A DNA stretch of 63,409 nt, the filler included, from Olpidium bornovanus S191 (lineage: Eukaryota; Fungi; Olpidiomycota), in NCBI GenBank assembly GCA_017911155.1. It is 26 parts of 26 records of this genome, joined end to end, with 100 filler letters (N's around TTAATTAATTAA, not from the genome) between each part and the next. Parts side by side here need not be neighbours in the genome. Positions count along the whole stretch, not along the records: positions 12,921 to 15,231 come from JAEFCI010009278.1; positions 15,332 to 16,634 come from JAEFCI010010847.1; positions 16,735 to 18,997 come from JAEFCI010011735.1; positions 19,098 to 22,676 come from JAEFCI010010527.1; 22 more parts are not named here. One strand, written 5' to 3'. The position numbers and the translations under genes were made by a program. Of this stretch, positions 12,921-22,776 are shown piece by piece. Position 1 is the first letter of the stretch. The number at the start of each line of letters is the position of its first letter. The notes beneath the pieces were generated by a model. That model searched no databases, was not told the DNA's origin, and was given only the letters and a program-made list of their open reading frames with translations.

Positions 12921-15205
12921 GAGCAGGCAGCGGTCGTCCTCCTTGTCTAGCAAAGGTGCAAGCGGCGAGGAAACCAACGGGGACGGCAAACGAAAAAAGA
13001 GGGAAAAGAAGGGCGGCGGCGCGGCTAAAGAGATCGACATGGTCGAGGTCACGAAGCTGAAGCCGACCCCGCAGAGCATCATTTCAGACATTTTTGAGGG
13101 GGTGCTGGAGAGTAGGGTCACTTGTGCCCTCTGCAAAAAGGTACCGTTTCGGTGTGTTCTTGCCGTTCTGAGGAGCAGTTGACAAATGGTCGTTGATTTC
13201 TCCTTTGCTTGTTGTACACTAGGATTATGTAAAAGAGGAGAGGTTTTACGATCTCTCCATTCAAATAGACAAGAGGCATCGGTTGGCCGGTGCCGAAATT
13301 GTCGCCAAGGAGAAACCCGCCGGCTTCCTTGGCGCGTGGACCGGCCACATCGGCAACCTGGTGAGGTGCGTTACCCTGTAACCCCGCTCAGGCGAATTCC
13401 TCCGCAGCCTTCGGTTTGCGCGACATTTCGGCTGACGCGCTGCTGGTTCTTTTCACCAACAGCGCTGGTGGGCGCAGCGTGAAACTCCAGGACTGCTTGG
13501 CGAGTTTCTGCGCCACCGAGAACCTGTCTGGGGACGACCGATTTATGTGCACGAAGTGCAAAAAGCGGAACGACTGCCAGAAAACACTGCGAATACTGCG
13601 GCTGCCGGAAGTATGTGAGCCTGGTAGTATATACCGACTTCTGCGTCGTCGTCGCCGCGCCGTGGGGCAAAGGGCACCCAGTCGCCGAGCGCGCCGCTCC
13701 AACTGAACTGCGCGCGATCCGCTTCGCTTCCTTCTGTTCGATCATCGGCGCAGACGCTGATGATTCATCTGAAGCGTTTTCGGTACGACAGTTATTTCTC
13801 GTCCAAAATCACGACACATGTCCAGTTTCCGACGAAGGACCTGGACATGCGGCCGTTTGTCAAGACCGTGGCCGGCGAAGCGGGGCCGGAAATCACCAAG
13901 TACGACTTGTACGCGCTGATTCACCACCGCGGGGGGTTAGGAGGTTGGTCGAGATTGCGTTTTTTTCGGGAAGGAAATGGAAAAACCCGCTTCCGACCCA
14001 AACGCCCGTTGACTAGTGCTCCCATCGAAACGGCTGCGAAGGCGGTCACTACGTTGCGTATGCGCTCAGCCCTGTGAATAACACCTGGTACGAGTATGAT
14101 GACAGCTACGTCACCGCCAAGGACGAGGCCGAGGTGTCCCGGCTGGAAGCATACGTGCTTTTCTACCGCCGGCGGATGCCCGCAGCACGCGAGCAGGAGC
14201 GGCAAGAAGTCCTGGCGGACATCGAGCGGGCCCACGTCCGCCTTTCGTGCGGCGTTGCGGTCCCGAACCCAGTCGTGGCAGGGTGCGTCCCCGGGTCGGT
14301 GCGGAAGGGGCGGAGGGCGACCGAGTTCGACGATCCACAAGACGCGGCGGACGGGGACGGCCATACGTCGCCCAAGACGCGACCGGATCTCGTCTGGATC
14401 TCGAGGCTGTGGTTTAACAGGGGGCTCCACATGGCCGATCCGGGGCCGATATCGAACTACGACTTCACGTGCCCGCACGGCTGTGAGTGTCGAGAGCCGC
14501 TTTCTTTTTCTTTCCGGGACCGGCTGTCGTGAGGAAGTGGAGGAGGCGGCGGGGAGGCGCTGAGCGCTTGAGCATGTCGTTCGCAGCCATACGGTCGTCG
14601 GACTCCCGCGACGTGCTGGCGTTGGTACAGAAGATACCCGCGAGCACGTACGAGACGCTCGTTAGTATCCACGGGACCGACGGAAGCCCAGCGTTCACGG
14701 ACGACCGGTCCGCGGAACCCCCCTGCGGCACGTGCGACGTGAGTAGGGGAAATTTCTTTTTTTGTTTTATTCTTTTTTGCTGCGGCCGCGTATGAGGGAA
14801 TGGATGGTACGGGAACCGTCGCCGACGCCTGCATAATACCTGCATGCCGTTTTTTTTTTTTTTTTTTTTTGCACGAAATCCGGATCGGCTCCCTTCCAGG
14901 CTGAAGAGCGCGAGCTGCGGGCCCGGCGTAAACGGGAGGAGCAGGACATCCTGGCCGTCGACTCGTCGTCGCTGGCCGACGGGCACTGCTGGTTCCTCAT
15001 CAGCGCCGACTGGCTCAAGACGTGGCACGCGTTCAAGGCGGGCGGGTCGGACCCCGGCCGCATCCGGAACTCGCACTTCCTGCACGCGGACGGCTCCCCG
15101 CGGAAACGCATGAGAAAGGGGTTGGACTACCGCGGCGTCAACCAGCTGGTCTGGGAGTACTTCCACGGGATATACGGCGGCGGCCCCGCCTGCGTCCGTG
15201 GTTAG
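12921..15205 (+). CDS. Ubiquitin-specific protease, USP20/USP33-like (USP domain plus two C-terminal DUSP domains), 5' partial
   Basis: SIISDIFEGVLESRVTC..C, LQDCLASFCATENLSGDDRFMCTKC, IHLKRF, His box GG|GHYVAYA..WYEYDD..EAYVLFY, WISRLWFNR..DPGPISNYDFTCPHG, WFLISADWLKTWHAF..DPGRIRNS..DYRGVNQLVWEYFHGIYGGGP. Confidence 0.88.
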
Positions 15206-15418
15206 TCGTTGAAGCCGTATTGACAGTCCCCNNNNNNNNNNNNNNNNNNNNNNNNNNNNNNNNNNNNNNNNNNNNTTAATTAATTAANNNNNNNNNNNNN
15301 NNNNNNNNNNNNNNNNNNNNNNNNNNNNNNNCCCCCTTGTACCCCCGGCCCGTTTTTTTTTTCTTTTCTTTCTCCTGTTTGTTGTTTTTTACAAAAAAAT
15401 ATTATTATCATCAGATTA

Positions 15419-16606
15419 TCACCGTTGGCGGTTCTTCCGGTCGGCGGCGACGCGCGCCTCCAGCTGCATGAGGAGGTTTTTCAGGCTTTTCCCGCCGCGG
15501 TTGCACGAGTCCCGCAGGTAGTTTTCGAACTTGCGCCGGATGTCCCGGAGGCGCCCGGCGAGCGCGGGCCGCGCGCTCGCCGCGTCGCCCCCGTCGTGCC
15601 GCCGGGGGTTGAGGAGGACGTCGAACAGCTCCTGCCACAGGTCCGTCTGCCAGTAGCGGCGGCACCGCGCCGCGGGGCGGAACCTCCCCCTTCGGAGGGC
15701 AGTCCGGCCGTCGCCGCCGTCGCCGTCTCTCCCTCCCTTCCCCTCGTCCTCCTCCCCCTCCTCCGCCTCCTTTTCCTCCACGACCTCAAGATATCGGCCG
15801 TGGAGCAGACAGTACGCCACGTTCGCGATGCCGTAGTAATCCTCCTCGTACCTCCACGGCTCCCCGCGCCGCGCCTCGGTGCAGTTGAGGCCGTCCACCT
15901 CCCAGTCCGCCAGGAACCGCATGGGCCTCCCGGGGCTGTCGTGCGCGGCGACGTCCACGGCCCGGCCGAAGTCGATCAGCACCAGGCCCTTGCTTTCCCA
16001 GCCCCCGCCGCCGGACGGGTCGTACTGGGACGCCCACTGGCCGTCTCCCGGCTCTTCGAGTCTCAGGAGGAGGTTGTCCGGTTTGATGTCGGCGTGGAGG
16101 ACGTCGCAGGCGTGCACGGCCTCGACGGTGCGCATGAGCTCGACGGTGAAGAATATCGCGAGCAGCTCGTCCATCCCGGGGGTGCCGCCGGGGACCGAGC
16201 AGCCCCACGCGTTCACGGCTTCCAGCAGGGTGCCGTGGTCGTGGTATTTCATCACCAGCAGCGACGCGTCCCGGTACTCGAACAGCTCCGTCGGGTAAAC
16301 AACGCTGGCTAGCAGCTGTTGGCTTCCGGCGCGCTCCCGCATGCGCCGGTGCAGCTGGCGCAGCACGTAGAATTCCCAGCAGGAAGACGGCGCTTGGAGT
16401 TTCAAAACGCAGAGAGGGCGGTCGCGCTCGCGGTGGCGGCCGACCGTTTCCGGATCCAAGGCTAACGCACCGAGACCGGCGGCAGCGTCCGTCGCTGCCG
16501 CGGCGACGTCGGTTGCGAGGAACGCCGTCCCGTAGCCGCCGGTTCCTAGCTTCCGCCTGACGAAAAACTGGCGCCGTTGGATCCCGCAACTCAAAAGCAA
16601 GCGCAA
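15419..16606 (-). CDS. BUB1: Spindle checkpoint kinase Bub1, C-terminal kinase domain (5' partial)
   Basis: LGTGGYG, LKLQAPSSCWEFYVLRQL, DELLAIFFTVELMRTVE..LHADIKPDN, KGLVLIDFGRAVD, PWRYEEDYYGIA. Confidence 0.92.
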   Translation of the reverse strand: MRLLLSCGIQRRQFFVRRKLGTGGYGTAFLATDVAAAATDAAAGLGALALDPETVGRHRERDRPLCVLKLQAPSSCWEFYVLRQLHRRMRERAGSQQLLASVVYPTELFEYRDASLLVMKYHDHGTLLEAVNAWGCSVPGGTPGMDELLAIFFTVELMRTVEAVHACDVLHADIKPDNLLLRLEEPGDGQWASQYDPSGGGGWESKGLVLIDFGRAVDVAAHDSPGRPMRFLADWEVDGLNCTEARRGEPWRYEEDYYGIANVAYCLLHGRYLEVVEEKEAEEGEEDEGKGGRDGDGGDGRTALRRGRFRPAARCRRYWQTDLWQELFDVLLNPRRHDGGDAASARPALAGRLRDIRRKFENYLRDSCNRGGKSLKNLLMQLEARVAADRKNRQR

Positions 16607-16734
16607 GTCCGTTGGCCCGTCCGAAACCGGCAGGNNNNNNNNNNNNNNNNNNNNNNNNNNNNNNNNNNNNNNNNNNNNTTAATTAATTAANNNNNNNNNN
16701 NNNNNNNNNNNNNNNNNNNNNNNNNNNNNNNNNN

Positions 16735-18002
16735 CATGAACTGTTGCGCCAGGAGCGTTATCACTCCGGACCGACCATAGGCCTGTCCGAAGCCGGGATT
16801 CCCAGAGAGTTCTCTCGGGACCTGGTCACGGAGGTGGCCGGGGAAAAGAGGTGTCTGGCGGACGGTGACCTGATCCTCGCGAACAGACAGCCCACGCTGC
16901 ACAGGAATTCCATCCAGGCGCTCAGGGCCAGGCCGACCGAGGGGATGACCATCCGGTTGAACCCCGGGGTCATAACTCCGTTCAACGCGGATTTCGATGG
17001 AGACAAGATGAGCATGTATTCTGTCATGGGGGCGAAGCAGCGGATCGGGGCGGGGAGGGTGTGCAGTGTCGAAATCAACATGCTGGACTTTAAAGATTCT
17101 AAGTTGAACTTTAAGGTCAGCCAAGACGTGATGACGGGTCTGCACATCCTGTCCCTGCTGGAGACGAAGGATATCCACCAGGGTGTGGAAGATGTTGAGG
17201 GTCGCCAGCGGTCGGGCCCTCATCAGCTCCCTGTTGCCGGCGGACTTCAATTACCGCTACCACGGCCTCGTCATAAAGGACGGCATATTCGTCGACGGTG
17301 TGATCACGAAAACCTCCTTCTGGACGGACAAAGACAGCATCCTGAGAAAGATCTGCATGTCTTACGGGGGAAGCGCCACGGTCCGGATCATGAACAGAGA
17401 TCCGGAGGGTTGTTTTGAGGTGGACCCAAAAGAGGGAGGCCAGCGTCGGGCTCTGGGATTGTTTCGGATGCGATCTCGTAGAAGAACCCAACACGGACGA
17501 TCTCAGGGTTCTGTCTGTCCACAAGTTGAAAACGGAAAGGGTCGCAGCGGAGGCCGCAGGGCCAGGGAACAGGCTGCTGAGGATGGTTTCCAGCGGAACC
17601 AAGGGCGACCGTAATAACTTGGGCCAGATAATGTGTTGCGTCAGGCAGCAGCTGGTCTTCGGTCGCCGCCCGGAGAAGCTGCCGCACATGAAGCACGATG
17701 CTTCCCCCGCGTCCACGGGTTTTGTGAGGTTGTCGTACCTCTCCGGACTGCTGCCTCACGAGATGTTCTACCACTCTCAGATGGAGAGGGAGGTGGTCGT
17801 GAGAACCGGGATCAGTACCGCGGAGACGGGCTACGCGCAGCGGATGATATCCAGGTTGGCGGAAGGTCTGACCGTCTGGGAAGACAAGACGGTGCGGGAC
17901 TGGGACGATACGATCGTGCAGTTCGGTTACGGGGAGAAGGGGTTGGACCCTTCCAGGGCCTTATCGGAGGAGACGCGTTTGCTAGTGACGTCCTCCAGGT
18001 GA
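16735..18002 (+). pseudogene. Frameshifted, intronless, compacted RNA polymerase largest subunit (Rpb1/beta'-like), probable large-DNA-virus (Nucleocytoviricota-like) relic
   Basis: Collinear motifs: ARSVITPD, NRQPTLH, PFNADFDGDKM, SQDVMTGL, SGRALIS, MVSSGTKG..NLGQI..CVRQQ, LPH..GFV..SYLSGL.PHEMFYH, TAETGYAQR, IVQFGYGEKGLDP. Frameshifts at about 16772, 17180 and 17399. No introns in 1.27 kb. Confidence 0.9.
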
Positions 18003-18048
18003 TCGCCAACAATCCGGGGAAGGGCTAACATCCGCCACCCCTCAGACC

Positions 18049-18710
18049 TGTAACGTGCGAAATACGTAATCTGCGCGTAGCGCTATCTGGAGATTAATTG
18101 TATTCGCCGTCTGGCTCTGGATCTGGGTCTGGAGTACGTGAAGTACAGGATTCTGGAAAGGTGAACGTAGCTCTAAAGGTACGTGCTATATGCGCTTTAT
18201 ATAGGCGCGGCTGCCATAGCCGGCGCCGTAGCGGATATGTGGCGTGTGCGCAGTACCGCGCGTACCGGTGCGCAATACTGATGCGCAATCTTGGTGCGCA
18301 ATATCCGGTATTGCGGCTCCGGCACTGGCGTTGGGCTCGGAAATGCTCCGAGAACGCGGTGAAAATAAGACGCAGGCTCGGAAATACTCCGAAAGCCACA
18401 GCGTGGTGGAAATTCGCCGATAATACGGCTCGGGCGCCACCACACTGGTGAGCCCACGCCTGGTGAGCCCACGCCTGGTGAGCCCACGCTCACTGCGGGC
18501 GCCACCACACTGGTGGGCCCGCGCACACACGCCGTTCTTGGTCTTGGTCTAGATCTGGAGGGTCATGTGATGTCGCGACTAGACACACTGGTGTGTCTAG
18601 TGGTCTCAGCGATTTCTGGATCACGTGACTGCCGCTCGGCAGGCTGTTCCCAAGAGGGGCTTGACGCAGCCTGAGGGGTTTGACGCCACCGTAGCGGGCG
18701 CGCCGTGACA
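18049..18710 (-). mobile_element. Solo LTR (662 bp) with 5-bp target-site duplication
   Basis: The termini TGTAACG...CGTGACA form an imperfect inverted repeat (TG...CA). AGACC flanks both sides (18044-18048, 18711-18715). Three perfect 15-mers lie at 18445-18489. TATATAAA is on the minus strand near 18196-18203. Homologous to 53638-53885. Confidence 0.9.
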
Positions 18711-18754
18711 AGACCCTCTTAAAATGCGATTGGTCCCGCGAGAGCGAGTCGTCG

Positions 18755-18997
18755 ATGGCGCAGACCAGGGAAGTCAAGCTGAGGTTCCTCGGCGCGGTCA
18801 AAAGGCACGAGAGGGACGCGCAGGCGAAACTTGACGTCGCCCTGTCTCTGTGGTTGCGTCGGAGCGGAGAATACGAGGAGGACGAAAACGTTCGGGCGGC
18901 GCGATCCAGGTTGCGCGACATCGGGAAGCTGAGAGACAGGCTGGAGCGCGAATGTTCGATTTTGCGATTACCGCTGGAACGACGTTTCGCTAACATG
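18755..18997 (+). CDS. Hypothetical helical/coiled-coil protein (3' partial), possibly part of the same viral-type insert
   Basis: Intronless ORF MAQTREVKLRFLGAVKRHERDAQAKL...; purine-rich, GC3-high codon style like the upstream RNAP relic. Confidence 0.4.
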
Positions 18998-19097
18998 NNN
19001 NNNNNNNNNNNNNNNNNNNNNNNNNNNNNNNNNNNNNNNNNTTAATTAATTAANNNNNNNNNNNNNNNNNNNNNNNNNNNNNNNNNNNNNNNNNNNN

Positions 19098-21840
19098 CTC
19101 CGACTCGTCTTTCAGGTCCTCCACGATGCGCGAGAGGATCTCCGACACGCCCACGCGCTGCGCGAGCTCAACCGTTGTCTCAACCAGCTGCTTGTAGTTG
19201 CGCCGGTCCAGGGCCATGCGGCGCACCCAGAAGTTCTTGAAGAACTCCGGAAGGATCTCCTCTTTGATGTACGCCGGCGTTACGCCGTCCGTTGCAGCGC
19301 ACTGCTTGACTACCTTCAGCACAATCTTCTTCATCTCTTCGTCGGGCGAAAGGAACTCGCGTCGGAGAATGACGACTACTTCCTTGGTATAGTAGTTTGC
19401 GTACACCGAGTCCATCAACGGGATGATATAACCGATGGCTTTAAGAAAGGCCGCCAGGCCCTTCCCGCGATGCTTGCGGATACCGGTCCACAGAGGCTTG
19501 AGCACGGAGTCGAAGGACTCGATACCGTAGGGTGCCGCGGCTTCTGCCAACGCGGCGATGGCGAGGGCCGTGATCGTGCGGACCTTCTGCTGCTCGTCCT
19601 CCAAACCGTGTGCGATGCAGTCCACAAGACTCTTCAGGTGGGGCAGCACGGCGCAGCCGAGTAAGATGGAGATCTGCTGGACAATCTTTATGCCTGTGTG
19701 CCGAGCCTGCCAGGACTTCTTGCTCCGACAAACGGCCTTCAAGAACGGCAGGAGTGCCGGGATTCCAAGGGCGGAAGCAACTACTGAGAACGCCCGGGCC
19801 GTGGTATTGCGGACGTACTCGTCGACGTGGTCGATATCGGGTCGCATTGTCGCAATCATGGTCGCCAGACCTGCTGCTTTACTCAAATTGCTGATAATCT
19901 CGCGTCCTTCCACGCGAGCATAGTAGTCTTCGTCAATCAAAAGAGGCTCGATAACCACCAAGATCTTGTGCACGTAAGGCCGAACAAGGTCATCCAACTT
20001 GTAAAGAATCCGATCGATGACTTTAACCTGTGAAGTAAGAGAACAACGATATTCTGTCAGCTCTAGAAAAATACAAATTTATGACACACCGGCTCTAAAA
20101 AATATAAATTTAAGAGACACAGGAAAGAACCCACCAGCAAATGGCGTTCCTGATCTTCTAAGGTCGGCGACATGAGCAGGGGCAAGATCTGGCTGAAGAG
20201 CGGGCCCGCACCGAACTCGCGGGCCTTGTCAGTAATCTGCCTCAGCGCAGTCTTCCTCATAGGCGGAGTGCCGTTCTTGATTTTGAGGAGGAGTCTCATG
20301 ATTTTGCGTTCGCGCAGTTCCTCGACCGTCATGTCCGAGTCGTCTTTCTTGTCAAGGAGCTTACCGAAATGCTGCATGTCCTCCTGTTTGAAAAACGGCA
20401 GGGGTCCAACGCCGGGAATTTCCGAGGGAAGGTCGACCAGCGCAGACTGGCGCATTTCCTCGTCCAGACCCTGGGACATAAAACCGCGCGTCTCCCCCAT
20501 CGGCGTAGGCGTGGCCATCAGCTTCCTTGCCGGAGTGTGGATAGGCACGTACGACGCCGGCGGCTCCAGTATCTTGTACCCCGGGGGGAACATTGCATCC
20601 AGCTCCTCGTTCGAGAGCGGCCGGTTGCGGGCGTCGCCCTCCTTCTCCCAGCGCATCGCGTTCATGGCCTCCGGGGTCATGGGCTCGAGATGAAGCTGGC
20701 CGGGGGTCGGGGTAACCAATCCAGCCCCTCCCACCAGTGTGGCGCCGATACCCGCGTGCACAGGAGTTTCGTCCCAGCGGGACCGCTTCTTGGGTGTCTC
20801 ATCCGCGGCACCAGACTTCTTGGGGGTGGCGTCCCAGGCATTCCCGGCAGCAGCGGGGGCAGCCACGGGGGTCTCGTCCCACCTCGAGCGTTTGCGGCTG
20901 GAGGGAGTCTCTTCTTCAACCGGCTTCGGTGTCTCATCCCACCTGGTCTTTTGCAACCCCGGCTCCTCGCTTTCGTCCTGGTCCCACCGCGAGACCCCGG
21001 GCTTCTTCGGTTCCTTGGCGGCGTCCGCGACCGGCTGTGCGGACGTGTCCCCCATGTCCCACCGCCTCTTCCGCCTCTTTTCTGTCGGCGCCTCTGCCGG
21101 CGCCACGGCAGCCGGCTGCGCAGGCGCCTCGGACGGCTCGGCGGCCTTGGCCGCTTCGGCTTTCTTCTTCTCGACGATGGCCCGCATGACGCGCTCTTCC
21201 TCCCGCCTCAGCTCGTTCTCGCGGATGACCTCGGCGTATGAGCGCGCGTTCTCGTTCGTGGCGGCGGCCTCGCCGAAGGCGTCAACGCGTTCCGGGGACA
21301 AGGTGCGCTTGAACCTTCGGGAGTGGTACTCGTCTTCCCTCTCCGCAATGACGCGCGAAGGCGCGCCTCGGCCCTTGAAGGGGTCGGCGGCGTCGCCGTC
21401 ACCGTCCACGCCGAGTACCTCGCGGAACACCTCCTTCGGGGCGGTGTAGCTGGCAAGCTTCTTCCGGTCGTGCGCACGGGTTTCCTCGTCGTCGCCCATC
21501 GGTTGATCGTCCTCCTCATCTTCGTGTCCCTCCCCCTCCTGTTCGCCCTCCATCGGAATTGTGGTGGAGTAGCCCTCAAACTTGTCCCGCGCGCTGCCGT
21601 AAATGTCTTCGTCGAAGCCGCCCTCGCCGCCGAGTCGCACCTTCTGGCCGCTCTCCATGGCGAGCTTCGCCGCCTGGCGAGCCTCCTGCTGCTCTTGTAC
21701 CTGCCTGTCCACGTCTACACGAAGAGCAAAGCGGATTTCCCGGTCGGGGTTAGCAGCGTGAGCGTGGAACGCGCGGAGCGCGCGGCGGCTCTTTAGCAAA
21801 GGCGGCCTGCCGGGGCGCCGCAGCAGTCCTTACCTTCCAT
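19098..21840 (-). CDS. SF3B1: U2 snRNP splicing factor 3B subunit 1 (Hsh155/Prp10), 3' partial
   Basis: RWDETP repeats, [94 protein letters not shown] short first exon ME is spliced at GTAAG (21833). Confidence 0.98.
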
Positions 21841-22776
21841 GGCGGGCGAGCTCGCGAGAAGTGCGGGTTTTGCGTCCCCCGTTCGCGCCGTCGGCCGGCC
21901 TTCCGGCGTTCCCCTTCCTCGGCCACTATCGCGTGCAAGGCGTTAGGGCACTCCAACGGTTGTCCGCCGACCCTGCCCTCGCCAAGGGTGCGGACGGGGC
22001 ACGCGGTCCGAGGCCGGTCTTCCTTTTTTTTTTTTTTTTTTTCTGTCCCCTACTTCCTGCGTCCTGCGGAGGGGGGTGTTCTCGCGCCCCGTGCTGCTGC
22101 TGCTGCGCAGCCGGGATCACCGCCGCCCCCCCTCCCCACCCATTCCTCTCCCCCACGGTGTCTACATTACACGCACACAAATAATACACTCTGCATTTAG
22201 TGTCACCGTATCTACTGCACGTACCCAAACATGTATTGCGTTTGGTATAAAGCTGTACCTTCCGGCGTGAGCTGGAACGAGTGCAAGTGCTGCCGCGTCA
22301 CCCCTCTCCGCCTCGTCCCCGTGACATGAGGCTTACCGCACCGCCGCCCCCCCCCACACCCCACCCTTTCCGTAATGCTCACTGCATCCTCGTCCGGAAA
22401 GCCTGCACTCCGAGAATGTGGGGCTGTGGCCGCCTGCCATCACGGACCCTCTTGGAGGTAGTACGGGTGAAAAAGATTAGCAGAACAGGACCAAGCAGCG
22501 GAAAAAAAACGCTCGCATTTGAGCAAAATCATCCAATTCGTAATGGCGGCATCCGCATGCGCAGGGCCATTTCTTTTTTCTCGTAACGATATTTCTCGTT
22601 CGTCGCTTCACCAGGATCCTCAATGCTCCTCAACTGCCTCTCCGACCACAGCGTTTGCAGTAGTCTCAGCGTGAACNNNNNNNNNNNNNNNNNNNNNNNN
22701 NNNNNNNNNNNNNNNNNNNNTTAATTAATTAANNNNNNNNNNNNNNNNNNNNNNNNNNNNNNNNNNNNNNNNNNNN

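Noticed and set aside
16772-17400. Programmed frameshifting or RNA editing restoring the RNAP
   Set aside because: There are three shifts in mixed directions with no slippery heptamers, plus damaged motifs. Decay (or assembly error) is simpler.
16735-18002. Host Pol II/III largest subunit or bacterial rpoC contamination
   Set aside because: Host housekeeping genes here are mostly spliced and conserved, while this copy is intronless, frameshifted and shortened. NRQP, SGxKG and TAETGY are archaeal/eukaryotic/viral-type rather than rpoC-type (NRAP, TA.SGY).
18445-18520. Mini CRISPR-like array of 15-mers
   Set aside because: These are head-to-tail tandem repeats with no spacers, inside an LTR.
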